Positions 23,864 to 35,344 of a stretch of DNA of 64,000 nt are shown one piece after another. Both the position numbers and the translations under genes were made by a program. The stretch comes from Mytilus trossulus. Its lineage: Eukaryota. The stretch is from assembly GCF_036588685.1 (NCBI RefSeq), contig NC_086380.1, positions 6,138,001-6,202,000 of the forward strand, read 5' to 3'. Each line of letters starts with the position of its first letter. Position 1 is the stretch's first letter. The notes under the pieces were generated by a model. It did no database searches, was not told where the DNA came from, and saw only the letters and a list, made by a program, of their open reading frames with translations.

Positions 23864-25609
23864 AGTAATTTGCTGAGTGCTAATATGGATGTCTCGAAAC
23901 AGCGAGAGTCCTTTTATAAAACGTTAGAGGATCAAAACAAAGATGTTCCGAACGATGTCCGACAACGCCGATACTGCAAATACATTACAAACTTTGCATC
24001 TCATTTCGGTAAGGAAAGATGCATGGTGGTGGGGAGTACTACAGAAGGAACCAGACTGCGGTCAAACATAAATGAGGGAGATTTTGATTACCTGATTATA
24101 TCAGGAATATCCATACCCGTAGACGCTTTGGAACATAGAAAGGACCTACCTTGCTTTGTCCACATAAGAGGTGACAAATTTCAACATTCATTTTCTCACA
24201 ATTTGGTAGACGGGAAATACCTGCCCAGTCGTATTCTAAAAGAGGTCGACAAAGAAGCTTTTAAAATAATGAGAGGTCTATTCCATGTCCTTACGGTACC
24301 ACGTGTTACCAAGGAGAGACAAACTGTTCACGCCGAGTTCAACCGTGAAGCTAAACCTGGTATGTGTACAGAACATTATGCTGGCTTCGAGGTAGTTGGT
24401 GATGATTTAACTCACAGTATGAAATATCGTCTTACCGAACTTCTCAGTATGCTTGCTGAGACGACACATAACGACATATTTAGTTCTACAATAGGACAGA
24501 TCCTTGTAGGGTTAATAGTTGCCTCAGTGGGCGATCCGGAGTGTTCTCACCCGAAAAGAAGAAAACAGGAAACTGAGGCAAATGAAAGACGTACCACTGA
24601 CGATACATCAAACGAAAAAGTATGCCGGGTTAGATTTAACTACAAATCAAGCAAAGATTTTATTGCTGCATTCCCTATTGATGGAAAGCTGCAATGTCTA
24701 GAAGAATGGAAATGTAGAATACTGAATAGCGACAAAGTATTTTGGCCGAGCTCCGAAGCTGTTGATAAAATCTGTCAGTCGGAGGTGTACGTTGTAGCCA
24801 AGCCAGCAATTGTTGACCCATGTACCGGTATTGACTTTTGCCTCGGATTCAACCAAGCTGAAATGATCCTAGCTTCTTGTCTGAGCTCTGATCAAAGATT
24901 GTGTGTCCTGCTTCTAAAATCTCTTCAGAAAGGTTATCTTAAAAAGTACTCTTCAATACTTACAACTTTTCACTGGAAAACAGCCTTTTACCACAAATGC
25001 GAACACATTGATTCAGGTCTCTTTGATCGTCATTCGACTATATTGAATGCCCTTGAAAAAGTGTTGTCCTACATGATAGATTGCTTGGAGAGAAAGTATC
25101 TGAAGCATTATTTCATAGAGAGCAACTTAATAGCCCATATTACTGAGACAGAAACCAATGAAATCAAAGGAAAGATCAAAGAAATTATCGCAGATCCAGA
25201 AGCAGCTCTCCAAGTGTATTTCGATATGAATAAAGAATGCGAAAGCTCAAAACAAGAAGAAGAAATTTCTATGATAGAAATGGAAGAATTGAAGAAATGT
25301 AAATTTGATACTGCAATTAGGATACCAAAAGTATTAACAATGATGTCAGATTTACAAAAAGAAGCCAGTGACGGTTCTTCACTCACAAAAGCTATTTTTG
25401 ATACGTTATTTATGGTAATCGAAGAGGAGACAGATATTCCATTAAAACGATCAGATACCCCACAGAACCCAATGGACCTTTTAAGAAAAGTTATCATTCA
25501 TAAAACAACAAAATTTAACACGCGAGAAGAAGAGAAGGAGGCCCTAGGCAACGTCAGGGCTGCTGGGTTTTCCCTAGTTAGTCAGGCATTTTTTGGTGGG
25601 TTTAAGTGA
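23864..25609 (+). CDS. cGLR: Mab-21/cGAS-like receptor nucleotidyltransferase, copy 1 (main coding exon; first in-exon ATG at 23885 gives 574 aa)
   Basis: VVGS-x14-DFD active-site motif, third Asp in KDFIAAF, EW..R...WP...I...VYVVAKP, FNQAE.IL...Q.LC.LLLK, TFHWKT and CL...LKHYF..SNLI Mab-21 motifs. Splice acceptor ttttag| at 23863 is in frame. Confidence 0.9.
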   Translation, partial: SNLLSANMDVSKQRESFYKTLEDQNKDVPNDVRQRRYCKYITNFASHFGKERCMVVGSTTEGTRLRSNINEGDFDYLIISGISIPVDALEHRKDLPCFVHIRGDKFQHSFSHNLVDGKYLPSRILKEVDKEAFKIMRGLFHVLTVPRVTKERQTVHAEFNREAKPGMCTEHYAGFEVVGDDLTHSMKYRLTELLSMLAETTHNDIFSSTIGQILVGLIVASVGDPECSHPKRRKQETEANERRTTDDTSNEKVCRVRFNYKSSKDFIAAFPIDGKLQCLEEWKCRILNSDKVFWPSSEAVDKICQSEVYVVAKPAIVDPCTGIDFCLGFNQAEMILASCLSSDQRLCVLLLKSLQKGYLKKYSSILTTFHWKTAFYHKCEHIDSGLFDRHSTILNALEKVLSYMIDCLERKYLKHYFIESNLIAHITETETNEIKGKIKEIIADPEAALQVYFDMNKECESSKQEEEISMIEMEELKKCKFDTAIRIPKVLTMMSDLQKEASDGSSLTKAIFDTLFMVIEEETDIPLKRSDTPQNPMDLLRKVIIHKTTKFNTREEEKEALGNVRAAGFSLVSQAFFGGFK

Positions 25610-26915
25610 TGGTTAACGTCCTTAATACTGTCTCTACTGTCGTTTAAGGTCAACTTGACTTTATTATGGTTATATGACTTTAAGATGTGGCATGGCACTC
25701 AAAGTGCTTGCCTATCGTTTACGATTGTAAGTGAATGTAAATAGTTGATTTCTCTTTTTTATTTGTAGTTTATATGTAAATATGTGTAAGATGCATATCC
25801 TGTTATTCTTATTATCTTCATTTTGGACTACGGAATTGAAGCACAGATTCTGAAATAAAAGGACTGTTATTTTGATTTTCTTTTGTGAAGTGCATGTACA
25901 AGTATTATCTTGCAATTTTGAATACTTTATTTTGTATTTCCATTGTACTAACGAACTAAAAGCTATTTGTTGATTTTTTATTTATCTAGTTAAGAATTGA
26001 AAACACTAAGTTGCTCGATTGGTGCCATATGTGGAGCAGGATCTGCTTACACTTCCGGAGCACCTGAGATCACCCCTAGTTTTTGGTGGGGTTCGGGTTG
26101 CTTATTCTTGTAAGTTTTCAATGTTTTTTCATGTGCACTATTGTTTGTCTGTTTGTCTTTTTTATTTTTAGCCATGGCGTTGTCAGTTTATTTTCGATTC
26201 ATGAGTTTGACTGTCCTCTGATATCTTTCGTCCTCGTCTTTAATAATGTTCTATGAAGTCAAAGATAGGGCATTGTTATTCGCATTTGACAATGATAATA
26301 CATCGATCCCTATTAATATTAAAAGTTTTTTTGCTATTGCCCTTGTTGTGAGCTTTTTGTTTATTTTGATAATATTTTTTTTCAATTCCTTTATCAGTAT
26401 ATCATTTATTTCATGGTTTCACATTTTGCGGTATTTTGTTTAAAAATCAGTTCGCCCAACGGGGTTATTTGACAAATATGTACTTTCGGTTTTCCATTTT
26501 CGGTACCTTTTTTTAAATAGTTTTGAAGTAATTGTAGTTACTTGAATCCTTATACTCGTATATATAATTTATTTGTATTCAACTTTTTTTTTATATATTA
26601 TATTTTTTACAAATGTTATTAAATATAAACGTTTTGTGAAATTCCATTGTATGTTTAGTATGTGTCAATTTTACAAATAAATAGTCTGTCTATACCGATG
26701 TTTGATATTTCACCTTTCCCTTTTTTCATCCTTCTCATCTTTAGATATCAACCAATCAACATATTGGCTTTGATGTTTCCGGGACAAATCTGAACAGTTC
26801 AAATGTAGCAACATCTTTAGATCACCACACGACATTCAACATTTCATGTAAGCCACTGTCTTCAAATAATATGTATAAATATATTCAAGTAATATGAGGC
26901 AGGCATAACCTGTGA

Positions 26916-27364
26916 ATGGGGACGAAGTCTGTATGTAATTTTTTTTTACTTCAAGCATGTTAATAAAGGATACGGAAATACCGTAACGTTCCCGATTTTG
27001 GTTCTGTTGTTAGGGATTTAGCTGTGACGTTCTTTAAGTTATGACGTCATATTCAATGTAAACAAAAGAAACCCTTCCATCAGGTAACGGTTTTTTTTCA
27101 AATCAAACAATTATAATATTAAAATTTTATTGAGTTCCAATCTTATATTTTACTGGACTGATCAATATTAAAAAAAAATCAGTCTCATGCAAACAAGACA
27201 GATTCCTGCGCAAATGCGGGAAAACCGGAACAGGAACTAGATCTGAAAAAAAAAGTTATTGATTTTGAGTTCATTAGTACAATGAAAAATTCGGGAAATT
27301 TTCCCTATTTTTTTATTTTTTTATTTATTGATTTTTCTACCGTAATTGGGGACTTCGTCCCCAT
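26916..27364. mobile_element. MITE-like element with 14-bp terminal inverted repeats
   Basis: ATGGGGACGAAGTC (26916-26929) and GACTTCGTCCCCAT (27351-27364) are exact reverse complements. Confidence 0.65.
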
Positions 27365-28334
27365 ATAATTAGCAAAACAGAGATTTTAAGGACTAACAAT
27401 CATCAATTAAATCAGTACGATGTACAATGATCAAGACTTTTAATCTGGCAGAATATGATTTATTTGTTAGTTTTTATTTGCTTGAACCAGTTTGCTGAAA
27501 CTAAATCATGTTTTTGTTACATCACTGTCTCAGGTGAATAAAGGGAAGATTGAGCGCTGACAAACATATGTTTGACCCCACCATTTCTGTTATATGCATG
27601 TCTCAAGTCTGATAACTTTAGTTCAGTTGTTTTCGTTTGTTCATGTCTGTGTCATATTTGATTAAATCATTTCACACGTGTCATGTCGGGGCCTTCCACA
27701 GATGACGATATGAAATGTTGTTTTTTATGAATACAATATGGAAGCCTATGGCTTTTAATCTACTTCATTTGAACAGTTGTGGGTAGCTGTTTCATTGGCA
27801 TACATGCCACATTTCTTACTTTTATATTTTCGTTGGAAAAGTATAGTTTTAATTGAATGGCTATCCTGTTTGACTAACATAGCACAACCAGTTATAATGG
27901 ATGTACAATTACGTGCCCTACAATAAACAACCAAAATAAAGCATTTGCAAAACCATTAATCAAAGTGAAATTCAATATTTTATAGCGCGAACAGCCGGAA
28001 CAAAAATCATCAAGTTTCATATCCTTATTCTCATACGGTTTAAATCCACTGGTACATCGCTACATTGAAGTCCTGATTTACATTTGTGATCTTGATTGAA
28101 ATCCGATTTTTAAAATCATATTAAAGGCGTGACTGGTAAAAAATAATATTTATAAAATTCCTGAACCAATGCATGTATGTATCATTAACTAAGCCTTCTG
28201 TGCACGATTTTGCCACCTAAAGGTAAACAATCAACAAAGGAGCGTCGATATTGAACACGTGTTAAACATGTACAATCATATATTAGTTTATTTCAGTGAC
28301 AGATCTATGCGTATTGCAATCACCGGATTTTTAC

Positions 28335-28632
28335 GGAGTTTTCCTAAGTTACATCATCCATAAAATTTAAACTAAAAATAGATCATTGTGAACGTGACTG
28401 AATACCAATATCAAATCCGTATGTATTTATTTTAAAGTAAACATTTAGAGCATACAACTCAATATGGATTATAAAATACAATATATCAAAACAAATATCC
28501 CACGCAATGATCTCAACTACTGATGTGGATTTTCCAGTAACTTTTGCTATACAGATGTTACACGCCTTGCTCAGCAACTTTCGATTTAACAATTTCATAA
28601 CAATTGTCAAGGTGCGTGTACTATTGGTAAGT
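28335..28632 (+). promoter_or_regulatory. cGLR2 upstream module A (candidate first exon ending TTG|GTAAGT at 28626)
   Basis: CTAAAAATAGATCA at 28372, ATGTGGATTTTCCAGTAAC (kB-like core at 28527) homologous to the cGLR1 modules, ACTTTCGATTT at 28577, donor at 28627. Confidence 0.5.
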
Positions 28633-29433
28633 GCAAAACTTTATATTTGTTCCAAATATTAAATAAGCTTGTATATAAACCTCACCTGTAGATTTTGACC
28701 TTTCTTAATTCAGAAAAGAGCTTATCTTTAAAAATTGTTATTCTATTATTGATGTGAAGGATGACTAAACATAGAATTTTTTATAATTGAGTTTCATTTA
28801 AACACATGTCTTGATTAAAACTACAAATTATTTTTTTTTCTCCTCTAGGATATATGCATATAAATTTGAAAATTATATTAAAAGTTGTAAAATAGAATAT
28901 ATAAAAAATCAGATTAGATAGTTGCATATATTATACGTTTACTTTCGTTTTGAAACAGTGCATCTTTACTTAAAACAAGTATGTTATAGTGACAAGTTGA
29001 ACATAAATTAATATTTTCATATCACTTGACTAAAATGAAATAGACAATCGAAGCGCTGAACTAAAAACATATTAGCGAATTTTATTTTACAAAAGCAAAA
29101 AAGGAGGCCAGTTATATAGAAAGTATTACTGTTTTTGCTACCAAAGCTACTGGCTGAAAGTTTTTTTGTAAGTATGTCAACCTTGTTTTGTGATATTGGT
29201 AACTGGAATATTAACTCGTCTTGTCATTTAGATACGTGTAATGGTGAAATTGGAATCCGATTTGCTGTCATTTGTTTTTGTCCATAAGTTCATTGTGGTT
29301 AAACAGTACAGTATTCGGATTACAGAATACATTTGTAGGTATCGTCTTTTCAGTTGATATTTATATACCTATTATGTGACCTCTACATTTGTACTTGTTA
29401 TTTACTACGTAGTAAGTTATTAGCAGTCAAAGG

Positions 29434-29522
29434 CTAAAAATAGATCATCTCCAATACAGGTGACGTGTAATGTGGTTTTTCCCAATTTAATACTTTTCGC
29501 TTTGTCGAGGAGTATGGTACAA
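29434..29522 (+). promoter_or_regulatory. cGLR2 upstream module B (compact; ATG 29514-29516)
   Basis: CTAAAAATAGATCA at 29434, TGACGT at 29461, GGTTTTTCCC at 29474, CTTTTCGCTTT at ~29493, ATG|GTACAA. Confidence 0.45.
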
Positions 29523-31420
29523 ACATAGATAATCACATCTTTGCATTTTTGAGTCTAAAACGAGGGATAATTTTTTAGAGTGTAATGTTATAAAGGCATC
29601 GTTCATTCTTCTTTTGTGGGTATGTTGTTTTTAATTTCTGTAAATTGTGTGATTCTAGATTACTTCAATCAAATCCTTTTTTTTTTAAAGAAAAATTAAA
29701 ATCAAAATGTAAATACAGCATTGTTTATCAAGACAACATTCTTGTTCCTGTGTATAATTGATTTGTTTACAATTTTATTTTTGATAAACAGAAGAAAAAA
29801 AAACATTCCCGACAACAAATACATTCTTTACGGATTTATCATGTTCATACGAGAAAATTAATGCGCTCATAAACTATATCATCCTTTACACACCTTCCAG
29901 TTCGATTAATACAACCATGTTTTTTTTACGCTAGGATAAACACAGATAAATCTTTTAGATTTATTTAAACAATAAACGATTGACAATTTATAAATCAAGT
30001 AGTAGCATGTCCAACGCAAGTGCACTTTCGTTATAGAGTTGTATTTCCTACATTAATGGACAAAAAGTACCGAGGCCTCAATATGATATTATGTTATTTT
30101 CTGAGGCACACCTCAAACAAAGTCATATGTTATTTATCAGACTATACACAATCAATATGTCAACACAAGTTTTAAAAACACAAAGAGACAAATCGTAAAA
30201 TAAGTATGGATAGAAACCAGAATGTGTGTATTTGCTGCATTTTTCACCAAAAAAAAAACAAAAAAAAAGGATTTGCTATGAAGAGTTCGACAATCTAATA
30301 CTATTCTGGTTAAAATTGAGTGTGTCGATTTGTTTTGGTTTCAAAGAATGCTCGATTTGTCTCCCCTATCCCATCATGAAATAATAGGAAGTTAGTTAAA
30401 AAATAGCGTTATGTCATTTCTAATATTTATATTTTATTGATTGAATGATCGACCATTACTGTTTATAATTGTTGCCACTTTACGCAATACTGACTCAACC
30501 GTGACAGTCACATTTTTGTGTAAAGGGTGTCATACTACGAGGAACACCCCACCGTAAGTATGCATTGAACACAAACTGACAATCAAACTTAACTAAGATC
30601 GGAATTGAATGCACCTGTCCTCAATGGTGTTCAAATAACATCCTCTGTATTGACATGCTAGTTCTCGCTGTCGACGATAAGTGAAATTACAAAATGTCGA
30701 ATTCCAAAGAAAATTCAAAATTGAAAGCACATTATCATGATAATCAAATGGCAAAATCTTAAGCGCAAACACCAATGGAATACATCAGTCATATTCCTGA
30801 CTTGATATATGCATTTCCTTTTACAGAAAAGGATGAATTCAACCTGGTTCTATAGCTAGCTCACCCCTCATTTGTATGACAGTTACATAGAATTCCACTA
30901 TGTTTTCGACAATGTAGCACACTAACACAATAGCGGGATGTATGAATATCATGCCACGCCAAATGGATATTACCAAATTAACAACGAGACACTCATTTAT
31001 TATTTGTGAAGTAAATTAGGAATATTTTTAACGTTGGTGATTTATCGTACTAGTATTCACATTCTCCATTCATTTAGTATTTTAGTTTTACTATCCACTT
31101 TGTAATAAGTGTCTGATATATTGATATTATAAAACTGAGGGCTTTTCTAGACTTACTATAATTTGAAGTTTTCAGTATACCCTTTTAATCACACTAGTCA
31201 AGATTAGAAACAAAGGAGGTATCTGAAAATGATTAGGAAATTGGTTTTAACATTTTAGTATAGATTTAGTCCTGAGGAGACTTACAGCTTTTAACATATG
31301 AACTATTTATTCTCGAAAACCGTATGTTCATCTCTAGAGTGTTTAGCGTCGTTAGGAGACTGTTACATTGAAGGTAATCCTGATATCCTTCAATTGATAT
31401 ATATATATATACATATATAT

Positions 31421-31607
31421 AACTCGTCTAAACATCAACCCAACAATGTTAGATCTGTAAATTTGCTTTCGCAAATTTTTGGTTCTTCCCTCGCCGGGAT
31501 TCGAACCCATGCTACTGTGATATCGTGACACCGAATCGCCTGCACTGCAGCCGTCCCGCTAGACCACACGACCACCTGGGCTCTCAAAAAAAGAGCTTTC
31601 GGTGGCC
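31421..31607 (-). mobile_element. tRNA-derived SINE-like element embedded in a (TA)n microsatellite
   Basis: Minus strand reads GCCCAGGTGGTCGTGTGGTCTAGCG (A-box-like) ... GGGTTCGAATCCCGG (B-box); (TA)n on both sides. Confidence 0.7.
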
Positions 31608-31981
31608 ATATATATATATATATATAAGTCTCAGTCCTTAGTTTATCTACAGTATTCATAATAAGTCAACTCTTGTATTATAATTTCGCTCTTGGCTGTT
31701 GTCTTTTTCCTTTGATTTCAATATTGGCAGGTTTCCTGCCGAGAGTCAGTGGTTCTCTCCGGGCCTTCAGGGGTCTACTACGAATACAAGCTGGTCAACA
31801 TGATGGAGCCACGAGTGCTGAAAGTAGTGTCATCTCCAACAATAAAACAATCATTTGGACGAAATCAAATACTTTGTGACTATGTCTTAAAAGAACCTTC
31901 ATCATGATTCTACAAAAATAAAGTTACGATCTATTTCCTTATCCTTGTAATGGTTTTTTTTTCAGAAGATATCCCGTTAAT

Positions 31982-33838
31982 ATGTTAAAGAGAAATATGC
32001 AGAGTGCCTATGTATATCTCCAGAGAAAGCTACAGTACTTTTACAAAACGTTAGAAGAACACTGCAAACAAGTGCCAAACGATGCAAGACAGCTCCGATA
32101 CTGCAGATACATTACTAAATTTGCCTCTCATTTCGGGAAAGAGTGGTGTATGGTGGTGGGAAGCACGGTCGAAGGAACCAGACTGCGGTCAAACATAAAT
32201 GAAGGAGACTTCGATTATCTAATCATTTCAGGAATATCAATACCCGTAGATGCTTTGGAACACAGAGATGATCTACCTTGCTTTGTTCATGTCAGAGGTG
32301 ACAAAATTCAACATTCATTTTCTCACAGTTTGGTAGACGGGAAATACCTGAACAGTCGTATTCTAAAGGAAGTTGACGGTGAAGCCTTTAAAATTATGAG
32401 GGGTCTGTTCCAGGTCTTTACAATGCCATTTGATTCTTCTTCTCATGATGTTGACTTAAATCGGGAGGCTAAACCTGGCATGTGTAAGGAACACTACGTT
32501 GGCTTCCAGTTGGTTGATAAAGATGCCGATAATTTATACATGAGACAACCGGAAACAGACATGAAGGCTACGAATAATTATTTTCAATCGGTAATGGCCT
32601 CAAGTGATTTATCTCCCAGTATGAAATCTCTTCTAACCAATATACTTGGTATTCTTGCTGAAACATATCCAAATGACGATTCTAGTACTGCGATTGGTCA
32701 AACATTTGGTGGGTTGATCGAAGCAGCCACCTCTAATTCTGCAATCGCCAAATCGACATCTGCTCAACCGAAAAGAAGCAAACAGAGTATAAGGAAAAAC
32801 GACAAACATTACATGGAAGATTCATCTGGCAAAAAAGTATTCCGAGTTAAATTCAACTACAAGTCAAGCAAAGATTTTATTGCTGCATTTCCTCTTGAGG
32901 GTAAACTGGAATGTCTTGAAGAATGGAGAGTTCGGATACTGACCAGCAACAACATATTGTGGCCAAGCCCAGAAACAGTCGAACGGATATGTCAGTCGGA
33001 GGTGTACGTTGTAGCTAAGCCGGCAATTGTAAACCCTTCTGCTGATATCGATTTTTGTCTAGGCTTCAATCAGGCGGAACTTATCTTAGCCTCTAGTCTT
33101 AGTTCTGACCAAAAACTATGTGTTCTACTTTTAAAAGCCCTCCAAAAAGGTTACCTTAAACGTTATTCGTCAGTTCTTACCACTTTTCACTGGAAAACTG
33201 CATTTTACTACCAATGTGGACAAATCGATCCTGCTCTCTTTGACCGCCATTCAACAATATTATTAGCCCTTGAAAGTGTGTTGTCCTACATGATAGAGTG
33301 CTTGGAGAAAAGGTATCTCAAGCACTATTTCCTAGAGAGCAATTTAATAGCTCATATTACTGAGAAAGAAGCCAATGAAATCCGACAGAATATTAAAGAA
33401 ATTATTGAAGATCCAGAAGCGACTCTCCAAGTGTATTTCGATATGAATAAAGAATGTGAAAGGTCAAAACAGGAAGAAGAAATATCTTTAAAAGAAATGG
33501 AAGAAATAAGGAAACGAAGAAATGATCCTTCAAATAAAAAACAAGCTGACAATATAATTAGCATGATGACAGATTTACAGAAAGTGGAAACCAGCAAAGG
33601 TTCTAAACTCACACAAGCTATTGTGGATACGTTATATATGGTTATTGAGGAGGAAACAGATCTTCCATTTATTAGACCTAATACCCCACAGGAGCACTAT
33701 AGCACGGACGATCTCTTGGCACATGGCTCTAGATATTTAACAACAAACTTTCGCTCACAGAAAGAGAAGAAAAAGGCAGCAGAAGAATTAACGGCAAAGG
33801 CTATTGCTACAGTCCTTTCTAAATTTAGTTCTAAGTGA
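31982..33838 (+). CDS. cGLR: Mab-21/cGAS-like receptor nucleotidyltransferase, copy 2 (618 aa; alternative start 31997)
   Basis: Uninterrupted ORF with G60-S61, D76, D78 and D298, plus the same Mab-21 C-terminal motifs; clearly paralogous to copy 1. Confidence 0.92.
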   Translation: MLKRNMQSAYVYLQRKLQYFYKTLEEHCKQVPNDARQLRYCRYITKFASHFGKEWCMVVGSTVEGTRLRSNINEGDFDYLIISGISIPVDALEHRDDLPCFVHVRGDKIQHSFSHSLVDGKYLNSRILKEVDGEAFKIMRGLFQVFTMPFDSSSHDVDLNREAKPGMCKEHYVGFQLVDKDADNLYMRQPETDMKATNNYFQSVMASSDLSPSMKSLLTNILGILAETYPNDDSSTAIGQTFGGLIEAATSNSAIAKSTSAQPKRSKQSIRKNDKHYMEDSSGKKVFRVKFNYKSSKDFIAAFPLEGKLECLEEWRVRILTSNNILWPSPETVERICQSEVYVVAKPAIVNPSADIDFCLGFNQAELILASSLSSDQKLCVLLLKALQKGYLKRYSSVLTTFHWKTAFYYQCGQIDPALFDRHSTILLALESVLSYMIECLEKRYLKHYFLESNLIAHITEKEANEIRQNIKEIIEDPEATLQVYFDMNKECERSKQEEEISLKEMEEIRKRRNDPSNKKQADNIISMMTDLQKVETSKGSKLTQAIVDTLYMVIEEETDLPFIRPNTPQEHYSTDDLLAHGSRYLTTNFRSQKEKKKAAEELTAKAIATVLSKFSSK

Positions 33839-34830
33839 CTGTGATCTTTGGTTAGTATGTTTCAGCTATCAAATATACTGTTTCGTTATAAAAACTAATT
33901 GAGGATTAACATTCAAGGAGGAAGCAATATGTAGTTGTTCGACTCATCCATTTTCAAAGTTTTAATTAATTAGTCAACTAACCTTTATAATGTTGACTCT
34001 GTGATGTATCGCAACATTACAAGCATACATTTCCCCTTGTTTTCAGATTTTGATAAACGAGTGTATGATTGTGAAGTGAGTGTATAAATCTTATCTAGTG
34101 AATGTAGTGATCTTAACAAATAAGCAAAGACACCTAATTAAATGAGTGCTGAAAGTTTGTTAAGTGAGTGCACACCGTGTTAATTTTTTCTTATTGGGTG
34201 TAGGGACATTGTTAGGTGAGTGGACGTATCTTATTAAGAGAATGTAGGGATTTTGTTCATTGACTATAAGGATTTTGTAAAAGTGTGTGCACTCTGCGTA
34301 TGAATCTTGTCAAATGAGTGATAGAAATTTTGTTAATTAATTTTATCGATCTTGCTGTAAATTATTTTACAATTATGTATGAGATTTTGAAAGAGAATTT
34401 AAAGGGTACATTTATTACATTTTATACTGCAATCAGCTATTTTACTGTACAGATAAAGCTATACGTATAAACGTTAGCTTTATACGTCAATGACCCCAAT
34501 TGACCTATAAGCCCCGCCTCCTTATTGTATTTCATCAACAACATCACGTCACGACCATGACAACGTAAAGTAACAATGGTCAAACTTTTTTGAATTTAAA
34601 CTTTTATGTCTTCAAATTGGTTATTTATATATCATGTTTATCAAATGCTATTAATTAAGTTCATTTTCCCTTTCTAATTCCTTAATACGCCAATGTCTTA
34701 CCACCTGGACTACGCTCATAGGGAAATACCCCAAAATGGTACCCCAAGAGGGAAATTCCAAACACTTTTTTTAACAATTTTTGTTACATGTTTTTTTCAT
34801 TTTTCATTTTTTTTTTCGATTTCAGTATAA

Positions 34831-34978
34831 AGACAATATACGTATAGTGTCTTGAAATATGAAATTTATTTGTATTCGGCACGAAACGGGAAAATGCTCG
34901 GTAGAACCTCGCATTTTCCCGTTTCTAAGCCTCATACAAATAAATTTCATATTTCAAGACACTATACGTATATTGTCT
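34831..34978. repeat. 148-bp imperfect palindrome/hairpin
   Basis: AGACAATATACGTATAGTGTCTTGAAATATGAAATTTATTTGTAT... pairs with its exact reverse complement ending at 34978. Confidence 0.93.
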
Positions 34979-35344
34979 AAATAATAGAACCACTGGGTTA
35001 CGCTTAATTTAATTAATCATCTAATACATAGGGCATTAAACGTTAGGCATTCATTTAATATATACCATTGATATTACTTATATATTGATATTATACTTTT
35101 TTATTGTAGCTTTTCTATGTTAATTTATTAAAATATTTCAGTTTATTTTATATTGATATCTTATATGAATTATTTCAAATAACCGTATCTTTTTATCATA
35201 TCAAGCTTTTTATATGTTAAACAACATCTGAAGGATTGTTTTTCGATATGTTGTTTTGTTCGGTTGGCCTGAAGTGGCAATTTCGAAGGAAAATGGTTTG
35301 TGGTGAAATACTGTTTTTGTGGATTTCTTTTCTTTTAAGAACCA

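Noticed and set aside
25108-25497. Antisense ORFs at 25108-25497, 33352-33612 and 48471-48929 that appear 'conserved'
   Set aside because: Shadow frames of the paralogous cGLR coding sequences.
31487-31581. Functional tRNA gene
   Set aside because: The acceptor stem and anticodon arm do not pair convincingly by eye; treated as a tRNA-derived repeat.
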